NCBI GenBank assembly: GCA_000182565.2
Contig: KQ257452.1
Length of the DNA stretch: 48,109 nt
Direction: 5' to 3' (one strand)
From: Spizellomyces punctatus DAOM BR117
Taxonomy: Eukaryota
Shown: piece after piece, positions 1 through 12,781 of the stretch
Layout of the letters: every line of letters begins with the position of its first letter
Numbering within the stretch: position 1 is the stretch's first letter
Position numbers and translations under genes: made by a program
The notes under the pieces: model-generated
Seen by the model: only the letters and a program-made list of their open reading frames with translations
Databases searched by the model: none
What the model was told of the DNA's origin: nothing

Positions 1-1399
<1,399 letters not shown>

Positions 1400-1692
1400 T
1401 ATGCTTCCTCTGTGGGCATCCCTTTATAGATGTCCATGATACATATTTACCCGGAACATATCATTTTGTTGAGAAGGTTTGGATCTCGGCAGAATATACC
1501 TGCATATGCGTTCGAGATCGGCTGCACCAAAGCGACCTCTTTCCTGTAGACTTTCAATTATATGCATTTTCTACCAGAAAAGTGTGCAGTTTCCAGCGCA
1601 CAAGTCAAAACTACAGAGTCATTGTAATACTGCAGTGAATGCCCTGCAAAGAGTACCACTTGGAACAATTATTGCAACTGCAGGCTAAGCTA

Positions 1693-2491
1693 CTATGAAG
1701 TGGCATCCATTGTGCCTTGTCTGGGAATGCGGTACCGTCGTCGCGCTATGAAGTTCATGGAGATTAGTTTTATGATCGATACAGTGCAAGCTAAGAGGAA
1801 GGGCAGCATCCATACCATTAATGAACCAATCATTAAGCTGTTTTGCGTTTAATTCGGTCTCGTTGCATAACTCTTCTTTCTCGGCCTCACTTGGGTAAGG
1901 GTTAGCGCGATGCTGATAATACCACTGAAATAGTATTTGGGTTTTCCACGGAGGATGGTTGGGACGTTTCGGTCGACCGCTCTCGCTGACCGACCGCTGT
2001 TGACCAGACGATCCTTCCATTTGGCGTCCACGTGCTTCTGGTTCTTCCTGAGTTCCAAGTCCTTTGACGGGTAATCCCTCTGTATCATGAAATTCTGTGA
2101 GGGAGCTGCTTTCCACCGACTTGGAACGGCGCGAAAGAGGTGACGTGCGCTTTCGCTTCAGGTCAGAATTAACGAAAAAGGTGTCCATTTCGTCGCACAA
2201 ACGATCGAGCGTGCGCTCGAAATCATTATCATTTTGGGCTATCGAACGATACAACGCAATTTGTTGTCTAGATGCCACTGCAATTACAGACAAGATAAAG
2301 TGATCCAGGCTGTCGCGCGAGCGCCGCGAGCGGTCGATATGCCTCTTATTTGCTTTCAGGAGGTTAGTGACCAGGTCAAGACGTTCGGGAATGTCATCCG
2401 GCGTTAAGGAATTTATAGCAGTATCTCGCAATGTCAAAAGGCGGTCCGCTACAGGAAAGAGTGGATGCTCCTCTGCTTCGACGATCTCCAT
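1693..2491 (-). CDS. TALE-class homeodomain transcription factor
   Basis: WYYQHRANPYPSEAEKEEL...QLNDWFIN. Removing a GTATGG..TAG intron (1815-1746) restores WFINARRR and a stop at 1693-1695. The PYP insert marks TALE class. Likely ATG 2491 (MEIVEAEEH). Confidence 0.88.
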
Positions 2492-2766
2492 GAAGGGCAA
2501 TTTTTGGCAGAAAGTGAAGTTTGACAGGGACCGTAGGAAGTCCCAGCTACGTTTGGCGTGTGTGGTACCAGCACGTGCCCCGTGTGCCACATGTCCCTGT
2601 CGTGATTACATGATACGCATCTTCCTGCGCGCTCAGAGGATGTCCTAGATCAACCACTCCATTTTTTGAGGTACTGGAGACCGAGTCCTATCTCGCCACA
2701 GAGTGAACCCACAGTGCGGCGCATGCGTGCCTGCTGACCATCAGAAAGTCGTTCACAGTTACGGGC

Positions 2767-3675
2767 ATGAGTGAAACTCCGCTACAGTTTGCGTCCCCTC
2801 CGGCGTTAGCTTCGTTCGCTTCGGTTCCTGAACGTGCATCTTTTCCTGGATCGTACGTTTTGGTTCCGCAAGAATATCTTCCACTGATGGTAGAGCATTT
2901 TCCTTCCCCCTTCTTTAGCTGCGTAAAGGATGTCTACGCAGCTGGACCAGTTGTGCCTCAGACAATTTTGACGGAAACTCCTCTCAAGTCGTCAAAGAGT
3001 CAGATGGAAGCCTTTGCCTCTATAGTAGCGCCAGTTGATATTAGCCTTAACAGTATGACGAACCAAATTGATTCAGGTGGAGGTGGACCTGGTGACAATG
3101 CAAGCAACCATCCAAAACCGCAGCTTTCATTAGAGCTCGGGAACAGCTCAGGTGTCAACAGAACCAAGAGTAAACCTAGGGCCGGACCATCACACAAACC
3201 AGAGGCACTGAACAAGAGGTGGCGCACCCCCCGGCCACTGAACCCCTTCATCATATATCGGCGTGAAAAGCATACGTACATTCTGGCTAGAAATCACGGA
3301 ATACCAAATAACGAAATTTCCAAATTGGTAGGCCAGATGTGGGCCAACGAGCCGGAGTCGGTCAAATCCGTGTATCGTCAGCGCAGTGAAGAAGAGAAGC
3401 GAATACATCAATTGAAGCACCCTGGCTACAGATTTGCTCCAAGAAAACACAAACCGAAGCGGCCAAAGAAGTCAATTTCATGCCAAGAGTTTAAAGACCG
3501 ACCCGCTGGACATCAAAATTTAAGAGCAAGTCGTGCTCACTCAAATGAAGATAGCGTGGAAGAGAACACGAGCTCATTGTCGGCAGACTTCATCCATCCG
3601 ATACTGCCATCCCATCAATGTGTTTATGCTTACCACCCCTCTCAGCTGCAAGCTACAGTCCCTTTCGAGACGTAG
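2767..3675 (+). CDS. MATA/SOX-TCF-type HMG-box transcription factor
   Basis: TPRPLNPFIIYRREKH...IPNNEISKLVGQMWANEPESVKSVYRQRSEEEKRIHQLKHPGYRFAPRK: a single sequence-specific HMG box with basic tail. Intronless ORF. Confidence 0.92.
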   Translation: MSETPLQFASPPALASFASVPERASFPGSYVLVPQEYLPLMVEHFPSPFFSCVKDVYAAGPVVPQTILTETPLKSSKSQMEAFASIVAPVDISLNSMTNQIDSGGGGPGDNASNHPKPQLSLELGNSSGVNRTKSKPRAGPSHKPEALNKRWRTPRPLNPFIIYRREKHTYILARNHGIPNNEISKLVGQMWANEPESVKSVYRQRSEEEKRIHQLKHPGYRFAPRKHKPKRPKKSISCQEFKDRPAGHQNLRASRAHSNEDSVEENTSSLSADFIHPILPSHQCVYAYHPSQLQATVPFET

Positions 3676-4122
3676 AATGATGGAGGTAACGTCCTCATCG
3701 GCCCACTGGTGAGTATGCATATACACGGGCTTCATGCGCTCTTGCTGGCTGAAATAACGCCGAGACAGTGGCACTCATATCGTCTATTCAGAGAGGGGCA
3801 CAAGCGGTCACCCTTCTTGAGCAGCGAAGCACAGCAAATATTTTCTGAGAGATTGCCCACAGAAAGATACTGCTAGGTTTCTGTAGTTTTCTGCCCGATT
3901 TACTGGGAGCCATGGTGAAGCCAAATGTACATTGTTTGTGAGCACGGGAGGAATGGTGGAAGCAGGAGAAGATACACTGATCCGTGCAAGCGATTTGTAA
4001 ACCTTATCGTAAATGCCAAGGTGCAAACCATGTCATGTTTAGTTTATGAAAAAACTCATTGCAAATATTGTTTACACAGCAATTGCTCGCATTGCCATCC
4101 TGCCCAGGTTATTTTGAGACTC

Positions 4123-6956
4123 TTAAACATCTGCCGCCCATAGAGGGTTGGTTTCTTCCCATCCTTGATCTTCGGTTATACTGCCTGTCAGACAAGGGCC
4201 ACTGACCATGGTTGGATCAACCGTATTGGCGCAGCCAGCATTCTGCAATACCGATAGCCCTACGGCGGATTGGGGAGGTGGAGTGAGGTGGGTCTTCCAG
4301 GTTTCCCTTTCATTGGACCACGTAATTTGTCCTTGAGGTCGGAAAGATGCACCGCGAGCACTGACATACGGCGTTCCTACTTGCACGATATGGTGGGGTC
4401 CAAGGTAAAGACCGGCTGAAGCCATCGGAAGAGTGGCATCACCCGGAGGGGTGAGAGTTCCGAGCGGAGGGGGTTGAGGCAAATGTGTTGAAGCATCGTA
4501 GACAGGGGGAGAAGGGTACACAGCGTACGGATTTGAGAGGAAAGGAACGGGGTTCGCGTACATAAGGGTGTCCGGCGGAATGAACCTAGAGGCTTGGTCT
4601 GCTGTCAACGAGTATTAATGAAAATTCGGACGAGCCAGAGCCGGGTATCCACCAGTAAATGCAACAGTAATTTACCTCCAGCTAGATGCCCGGGACTGTT
4701 CTCCGTCTTATTGCATAAAAGAATGCATTAGCTTGAAATTGCAACGACTCAAAATTTTCTCCATTAGCATACCACGAAGCCGATTCTTCCCCTGTTCCCG
4801 CCAAGTTGTAGGGCGGCCGGGAACGCATGTCGTCGGGGCGACAGAAAGGTAGCGCTTCGCGTCACTCCCGTAGATGGCGGAGTCCGAGCAAATGTAGCTG
4901 TGCTTGCGAAGCCAACAGGCCCTGCAAAACCGCCAGGACCACGCAAGGAGGATGATAAAGCGGCATAGGGTATCACACTTGGACTGTAAGGCACAGCTGG
5001 TGGTCTTTGGACACGGAACTCGCCTGTTTCACGAAACTGGACACGTATAGTCCTATCGAGCCACAACTTTCCGTTCTAGGTTTTTCCTTCAGTCAGTATC
5101 CATGGGGGTCAGAATTCGCGGTTGCAGTTACCTACTTCTTCTTGAATCGCATGTTCAGGCGTAGCTTCGTCCAAAAACTTGATAAATGCAAAAGCTGGAC
5201 GAGAATCTGCCGATAGTGGTCAGCATTTGAACTAAGTTTGCCGTTTGATTGACAACCTACTTGGTCCCGTCGGATATCGGTTAATAAGCTGCAGTGATTG
5301 AATTGGCCCGTATTGGCCAAATTTTTCTTCCAACAATTCGCGAGTAATCACCGCTTGGTTGAGCTGGCCTACGAATATGCTCAATCTGTCAATGTCGACA
5401 TTGCCCCGATCAAGATTGGCCGCCCTGTGTAGATGATGATGCAGAGAATGTTGTGGACGGATATCAGATCCGGAAGGTGAGCAGAGCTGGTCATGAGAAA
5501 ACGAATAACCGCTAAACTGCGAGGGGGGCAAGACACAATAGTTGTCTGACCATTCGGCCACCCATTTCAGGTTCGTGCGAAGCCCCTGTTGTGCAACGGG
5601 TAAGGCAAAGAGACAGAACGAGAAAGTACAATGCCAATGCCAACCAAGTACGCTCTAATTGCATCTTCTCGAAAACAGAATTTGACGAAGCCGCACCCTT
5701 TACTACGACCAGTTTGATAGTTCTGAAGAATGGTCAAGTCTTCGACTGGTCCATACCGTTCCAGAATTTGACGTAATTGCTAGGGAAGAAGAACGCTTAC
5801 AACCACCTGTCCTAAATGGAAACCTGAGTAGCCGTCTGTACTCACACTAGTCACCGCTTTCACATCGTTCGCATCTTGGACATACTCGGCAACGGATTTG
5901 TTGAACTTGGCAATGAAAAGAGTGCGATTTACACGGGCCTGTTCAACGCGTATGTGTCGCCCATCAATGACTGTATTATGTGCCTCCACGAGTGCATGCT
6001 TAGAGTCTTCCACGCTCTGCATCATTAGCGCTTTAGAATTGTGTCCCGGTAAAGCGAATGAGGTTGGACAATCACCTCGAATTGAACGAAAGCGTATGGC
6101 CTAGCCAGCCAGTCTTTAAGAACCTTAACATTCATTAGTTTTCCCCATCTTTCGAAGTGGTTGGTAACGCTTTCATGAAGTTGTTCATCCGTTCTCGATG
6201 ACGAGAGACTAGGCATAGGACATCAACCTACTACGCAAGTGACCAAACCGTAAGGAATTACCTGGCCACAAAGAGACACGCCTGCGGAAGTCCTTTATTC
6301 GGATATCGCACTCTGAGCTCTGCAGTGCGAACATCTGCATCCAGTCTTGAAAGTGGTAAGATGCCTCCATCGTCTCCCGATGCTTCGGTGATACGATTGT
6401 TTGGAACATCCTGTTGTGCACTCGCAGCTAGACAGGGTGTGCATTGAGTAGAATCATATTGACATATTCATATTTCTTACACGTACCAGATAGATGTTGT
6501 TCGCACGGGGAAGAGCTGATTGGACACTCGTCCTTTACGTCATCCAAAACAGATGTGTGCTCTAAATCTACCGTTATGGGCGATTGGCGTTCCATCCTCC
6601 AACCCTCCTGGGGTGATGAATCGAAATGCGGATAAACGTTTTCCGCCTGCTCAGGAGTAGCAGTTCGTGTCGTGGTGGCGCTATGGGAGCGATTCATAGT
6701 GACAGATGGCATCTGCCGACGAGTTCGTATCGTGTCGTCCGGAGATTTATGGAAGGAATTATGGCGACGCACAGAACTGGGTAGTGTACGCAGATCGTTC
6801 ACGATAGTTAGCATAGGACTACATGAACGAGTGCGGGGTGTAGGTGTCGCTGATTTGCTACGAGAAACAGCCGAGTGGTGCATGAATGAGTTTCCTGTCG
6901 AATTTTCCCCAGAGACTAGCTCAACAGTTGGCTTCTGAACGTCAAACGTTCCGTGT
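4123..6956 (-). CDS. RIM4: Rim4-like meiotic RNA-binding protein (three RRMs, low-complexity C-terminus); first exon probably further upstream
   Basis: VTNHFERWGKLMNVKVLKDWLARPYAFVQFE, IDGRHIRVEQARVNRTLFI, GCGFVKF, SIFVGQLNQ, AFAFIKF match my recollection of yeast Rim4 RRMs. Multi-exon; branch/acceptor CTAAC..CAG at about 6957 implies an upstream exon (maybe about 7380-7518). Confidence 0.75.
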
Positions 6957-8051
6957 CTGTTGGTAGAAAACGTTAGTGTTGTCTCCCAGTCGACACAACT
7001 AATTATATTGGTGCACTTGCCTTAAAGTGGAGAAAGCAAATGACGCTAACTGGGCGCTAAGTTACTACGGGTTCTATGATACGTAAGTGGCGTGTACTTT
7101 GGACTGCAGACCGGACCTTCCTTGAAGGGAACTAGCACGCTGGATTGCACACGTATCAACAACCTCGGGACGCCGATGAATGTTTTTACCAATCTAACCT
7201 CTTAACCTCTTGCGAAAAGCGGATGTCGTAACAGGTATCCTTTTTTTAAGGTTTGCTATTCCCAGTGTGGTGTTCAAATTCTTCCAGAGGAACGGGTAGT
7301 AATGGCTTCCATACCTGTTTACCCACCACATGCAAGCATGTTTTTGGAATGCAAGAAAAAGTAGCAAAACGCACGTACAGGGGCCGTAGAAATCCCAGTG
7401 TCAAGGGGCGTCGACATTACGCAAGAAGTGCAGAGAGCTTGCACCATGGCTGCCCCAGGTGCCGCTTTAGTCGATTGCACCCCCGTTTGTCTCGATTCGA
7501 TCACGATGCTAGATGACACACCTTACGAATGAGTACTTTCAAGCCTTTCGCATGCGAGCTGCTTATATCTGATACGTATCATGATCATCGAGCAGTGTGA
7601 CTACAACTGTGCTCTTGTTTTCAGAGCAGAGTCTACAGACTAGTCTGTGTTATTTCTGTCGTAATCCGATCAATGCTTACATAAGTGCAGATCATGTGCA
7701 ACTGGCTGTAAACATTCGAATCTCGTTTCCCGAAAATGGGGGGAGAAGAGGCGTCAAACGGACAAATTGGGGGGTTGGCGGAGGAGTAGCAGAGTTATCA
7801 ACCAGTCCGCCTCGTTTCACTGCAACCGTTGACTAGATTGGATCGTTTCGTTTTGCGAATTCGCCGTCTTTTGAGTGCAAGCAGTATTGTTTGCGCACGC
7901 CCTTCGCATCACTACGCGCGACAAGCTCTTTGCAGATTACATCCCAAATCTGTCCCCCGTCGGGCCCGTTTGAGCCGGCCAGGAATCCGACCGCGGACAA
8001 TCATCACGCCTTCTTGATAGATTATCGTGCAGGCAGGCGTTTACAGAAAAC

Positions 8052-8949
8052 ATGCAAGCTATTAAGTGTGTTGTAGTTGGTGATGGGTACGTATGTTGTT
8101 GAGCTGTGCCAACTGGCTGGGCTAGTTGGAAAAGTGAGGGTCCATATTAACGTAATTTTTTACTTTCCCCTCCTTTTTTAAATCGATATAGTGCTGTAGG
8201 GAAAACTTGCCGTATGTAGTATTTCAGTTTCTTAAATCATCTCCTGTGAACCACCGCAATAACCAGTTGAATCTCACGCTGGCAGTCCTTATCAGTTACA
8301 CCACGAATGCTTTTCCCGGGGAGTATATCCCAACTGTGTAAGTACCGCACTTGTGCGTCTTTTCAGTACTCGTATTGAAGCGCAATGACCACGTTTTCTT
8401 TTTTGAAAAAAGATTTGACAACTACTCAGCAAATGTAATGGTGGATGGAAAGCCCATTAATCTCGGTCTATGGGACACTGCTGGACAAGAGGACTACGAC
8501 CGACTGCGCCCACTATCATACCCGCAAACCGACGTTTTTCTCATTTGCTTTTCGTTAGTCAGTCCCCCGTCATTCGAGAATGTCAGGACAAAGGTGGCAT
8601 TTTTTTTTTTGGACGTGTAGTGGCCGCAAGACTTCTGACATCAATTGTTAACAAATAGTGGTATCCTGAGATAAGCCATCACGCTCCAAACACCCCTATC
8701 ATTCTCGTGGGTACCAAACTAGACCTTCGTGAGGACAAAGAAACAATTGAAAAGTTGAGAGAGAAGAGGATGGCTCCGATCACTTACCCGCAAGGACTTC
8801 AGATGGCGAAGGAGATTGGCGCTGTCAAATATCTCGAGTGTTCCGCATTGACCCAGAAGGGCTTGAAAAACGTGTTCGATGAGGCAATCCGTGCCGTATT
8901 GTGTCCCGTAGTACCGTCAAAGCGAACCAAGAAGTGCTTGATTCTGTAG
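8052..8949 (+). CDS. RAC1: Rac-family small GTPase
   Basis: [54 protein letters not shown]-terminal KKCLIL CaaX. Several short introns. Confidence 0.96.
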
Positions 8950-9302
8950 GCTGGGGGAAAGGTTTTCGTATAGAAGGTGAATGTAACATCCCGGACGGGT
9001 TTATGACTCTACAATGCCATTGGCTCGCGGCTTTTCCTTTCCCGTTTTCTTTTGAGTCCTCATTGAGAGGGGAAGCTCGGAATGGATAGGCTGGATTAAA
9101 TACAAACTTTCATTGTATCCTGCATGTAGAGTTGCACTTAACAATGGCCGGACATGGAAAAACTTTTGCATCGCACAGTTTGTTACACGAGAAGGAATTA
9201 GACTAATGATGCCAAGAGTAGTTTCGGCACATTGGATTTGGGTGAGCAAAGTTGGCTAGTATATTCTCGATGGTAATCAAGCTCCCAACATTCTCCAATA
9301 TT

Positions 9303-10358
9303 CTAATCAAACAATCCGAAGCCCATGTCGTCGTCAGATTCCTCCTTTTCTTCCTCTTTCGCAGCAGCCGGTGCAGCTTCCGTGGCGGCAGCAGCAGGCG
9401 CAGCCGCAACTGCAAATTTGGAAGGATCAGCAAGGATCTCCTTCACCTGAGAGAGGTCAATGTGCGTTAATTGGGGGCTCAGAAAATCAAATGAATAAGA
9501 CACATACCTTCTCAACAGCGTCGAAAGAGTACTCAGTGGTAAGACCAATGCTGATCAAGTTCTTGTAACCATTGATCAAAAGGTGGGGAACTGATGCAAT
9601 GGTAGGGTACCCAATGGCCATGGATACGGCGGCAATGGTTGTGATGCCCTGAACGAGGCTAGCCAAAAGATCCGATTCATCGATATCCAAGATTTCTGGG
9701 GAGAAAATGGTACCGTTATCGTACACTGCCTGAATCGTCATACCGTACGTGAAGGGAGAAATGTTCATCATGTTTAGCAAAGTGGCCTCAGAGGCACCAA
9801 CTTTGCTGCCAGCATGGATCAGAGGTACATCGTTGACGATTTCAATGGTACCCTTAGCGATCTTGGTGGGAATGCCCAATGCCTGGAAGAAGGACGTCTT
9901 TCCAGGTTCCATCCCAGTGTTACCAGCGGGGATGGTGACATCGACAGGGGCAACAGCGCCAGCTTTGGCAGGAGCCTGTACCCGATTGGCAACAATCCTC
10001 TCACGGATCTCCTTCAGGTCACCCTTGGTGAAGACAAAACCAACGTTGCCTTTGATGACAGTTAGAAGCTTCTCGTAGTTCGGGTTATCCGCGATCAAAT
10101 TGCGGAGAGCCCGTCGAACCATGGTGTTCTTGCCCATGAGAACCACGGCATCACCACGAAGGCTGTGACGAACTTGGTGCATCTGGTTACTGCTGACATT
10201 ATCCACGTTGACGATGAAGATCGTCGGGTACTCCTCGAGAAGCTGGGAAAGCTTTTGGAAGTAAACTTCCTTCTTCGCGCGACCTTGTATTATCAATTTA
10301 AGTCAAAATGGTTGGGGAGAATAACCATGCAAAAGCACTTACCGTCTCCCTTTGACAT
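9303..10358 (-). CDS. RPP0: 60S acidic ribosomal protein P0 (uL10)
   Basis: [35 protein letters not shown]-terminal [13 protein letters not shown]. Introns about 10342-10284 and 9508-9447. Confidence 0.98.
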
Positions 10359-10877
10359 CTTTGGCGTGTGCAAGGGGCTCCTATTAGATCGGAATTTCAA
10401 GACAGGTCACTGTTGACATAAAAATTAGTTGTCTCGTTTGGTGATGTCAAACACACTTGCAAGCGGTCAAGCCAGCACCCCGCTCGCTCTCGACACCACA
10501 AGCCAAAACCATAGCGCATTGAATAACCGAATGGATGGATGGATGGATGAACTGACAAGACAGATGCATGGATGCTCTCCAACGTACCTTTGAGTACCCA
10601 GTTGGATGAAAATCTTTGGCTGAGAACTGTCGCAGTGCCATATGTCCTTTGGCATCTGCTTAGTCTCTCACTCGAACCACGCTAGTGTGGATGCATTCGT
10701 GAAGCAGTGCAAGCATTGGCATTATGCCACTGCCTTATCATTGGCAACCTTAGGGGCAAGACTATTGAACAAAGGCATCATTTCACTGTTTTTTTTATAT
10801 TGCAACACTTATATTCCCCAGCTTCCAAGTCTTTTGCATCCCACAATCTTCGTAAGTTTGCACAATCGCACTGATAC

Positions 10878-11636
10878 TTAGATTCCTTTCTCTTCTCCAC
10901 CCGTACTCGTACCTACCTCCCCGCTCTGGGCAACGGTGATGGCAACGCCCTGTTGCTCAGTAGTGCCAGTTGCACCCATCGCTATGTCTTGCCTCGACTT
11001 CGATTCAATACTTGCTACTGCTACTTCGCTCATGCCGCTTGCGCTTGCAACACCTGCGACTTCCGAATTAGTGTGGGAGTTCAACGCCGGCATGGATTTC
11101 TGGGCCGGGACATGTTGTTCGGTCAAGGCTGGAATGGACCCCTTCGCGCTCTTATTTAATGCTACAGTAGAACCAGTCTTCCCTTGGCCTCCAGCGCTAC
11201 TGAGGGCAGCGGCGGATTTAGTGACGGAGGCGGTTTTGTCCAACGCGTTGGTAGATGCGGCTTTGCTCTTCGCTGAGTCGAGAGCATTGGTGGATGCCGA
11301 AGGTACGTGCTGTTGGTTTAGCGCAGCAACAGATCCGTGCTTGCTTTGGTCTTGGACGTTGTTCCCTGTTTGCATGTTCTCGCCTGCCACCTCTGTCTCT
11401 GGCTGACTAGTGGCCAACTCAAGTGCTTGTCTATCGGTTGCGCCATCTCCGGCAGCATCCGCTTTGATGTCTGGGGCACTTGCGGTGGCCTGTTTATCCA
11501 AAACAACCGCAGATCCTGCTTTTGGACCACCAGGTTTAGCGGGGTCTGACTCCGTGGGATGGGCGGGAATTGCTGTGGGTACGGCCACTGGTTGCGCCGG
11601 GTAGTTTTGTCGTTGGGTGGAGGTGCCGCAGCCCAT
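10878..11636 (-). CDS. Low-complexity A/S/T-rich protein with N-terminal MGCGTS myristoylation/palmitoylation motif
   Basis: In-frame ATG at 11636 gives MGCGTSTQ. Repeated S(T/V/I/M)xAL units; intronless. Confidence 0.65.
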   Translation of the reverse strand: MGCGTSTQRQNYPAQPVAVPTAIPAHPTESDPAKPGGPKAGSAVVLDKQATASAPDIKADAAGDGATDRQALELATSQPETEVAGENMQTGNNVQDQSKHGSVAALNQQHVPSASTNALDSAKSKAASTNALDKTASVTKSAAALSSAGGQGKTGSTVALNKSAKGSIPALTEQHVPAQKSMPALNSHTNSEVAGVASASGMSEVAVASIESKSRQDIAMGATGTTEQQGVAITVAQSGEVGTSTGGEEKGI

Positions 11637-11882
11637 TCTGATGATTTTTGTGACGGAAGGCGGAAGATTAAGCGATAGCCAGGAATGTGCTCTAAGAATG
11701 GCGGACTTTTGAAGATTTCTATTGATGAATGCGGAGGACCCCATTCACCAATGGCCAACCTCAAAGTTGATTGAATGCAGCACACACCCTTGAAATCCCT
11801 CAATTGCTTACGCCATATTGTGGGAATATATAAATAGCAACCTGTCGATTGGAGCCAAGTGCATCGTGCACGTGACATCATA

Positions 11883-12019
11883 CAGTACAGCTAAAGCAGA
11901 TTAGTGTGCGCCATCACGTGCGTCACATGATCTTCAAAGATGTGGACACGGAATTGAAATGGATAGACCATCACGTGAATCACGTGATGGCGCACACTAT
12001 CTCTGCTGTAGCTGTACTG
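11883..12019. mobile_element. Tc1/mariner-type MITE with ~38-bp imperfect TIRs, flanked by TA
   Basis: TA|CAGTACAGCTA...TAGCTGTACTG|TA. Inner perfect 19-bp arms tagtgtgcgccatcacgtg (11902-11920) and cacgtgatggcgcacacta (11981-11999). Confidence 0.75.
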
Positions 12020-12024
12020 TACTG

Positions 12025-12766
12025 TAGTGTGGAGGTGATTGAAAATGGCATTATTATCCAGATTAATCCGGTTAATCATATCGCATAATCAGCACCCCCG
12101 TCTATCGCTCAAAGCGGTGAGGCATGCATGCTAATCGGTGTGGCATGCTAATATGTTTTTTTTTAAAAAAAAACTGAGGTGAGGCGCATACCAAAGGTCT
12201 ATAAAAAGGGGGCCTTTTGCTGTCTCTTCCCTCTTTCCTCTTTACCCATCCTCGACTCGCAAACCATCTGCGCAACCCTCATCGCGACTCGGTCCAATCA
12301 TGAGAATGCAGATGTGGTGGTGTCGAGGACCTCGTCCGCCCGACAGCAACAGCGATCAGAACCAGCAGCAACCAGTTGGATCCGATAACAAAACTGCTAT
12401 TATGCTGCCATATTTGTTGAGCTTGGTTGGTATGTATCAAGGGCATTTCTTGCATTTCTTGTCATCGGGTCATCTTCTGACATGCAGTTCTAGTCTCCAA
12501 GCCTTCGTTACTGAAAATCCTCCGGCTTGTGAGTCTCCCTGACGATGTTAACTCTCTTGCGAAGACTCTGGCTTCAATGTCAATCAAGAGTTCCGGATCA
12601 AGGCCCAGTAGGAACGCGTGTGGTGGTGGGCAATTATCCGGTTTAGAACCGTTACGTATTGCGTGTATAATGGCCTAGTAGTGGTTAGTTAGCTTTTCCG
12701 AGCCAGTTTACGCTGGTTCACTCCCTGGTGTAGTAGCTAGTGCCAGTTTCTGTCACCTCTACACTA
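12025..12766 (+). mobile_element. Non-autonomous Spu-1-like Fanzor element (ghost locus), 29-bp imperfect TIRs
   Basis: Left tagtgtggaggtgattgaaaatggcatta (12025-12053) vs reverse complement of 12738-12766 tagtgtagaggtgacagaaactggcacta: 24/29 identical. omegaRNA-like right end; no RuvC ORF inside. Confidence 0.8.
12300..12678 (+). CDS. Small spliced ORF (~105 aa) inside the ghost element, ending CIMA
   Basis: TATAAAAAG at about 12200, ATG 12300, intron GTATGT(12430)..CTGAC..CAG(12487)/TAG(12493), frame open to TAG 12676-12678. Confidence 0.35.
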
Positions 12767-12781
12767 TAACGATAAACATAA
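12693..12781 (+). ncRNA. Fanzor1 omegaRNA-like scaffold (12693-12766) plus flank-derived guide
   Basis: TTTTCCGAGCCAGTTTACGCTGGTTCACTCCCTGGTGTAGTAGCTAGTGCCA...CTCTACACTA closely follows the SpuFz1 scaffold as I recall it (unverified). Stems gagccag/ctggttc and tggtgtag/ctacacta pair. Confidence 0.72.

Noticed and set aside
1685-1815. ORF-track C-terminus of the homeodomain protein (WFINGMDAA...)
   Set aside because: Read-through of an intron; splicing restores WFINARRR.
10531-10550. (ATGG)n tract upstream of RPP0
   Set aside because: Short ordinary microsatellite.
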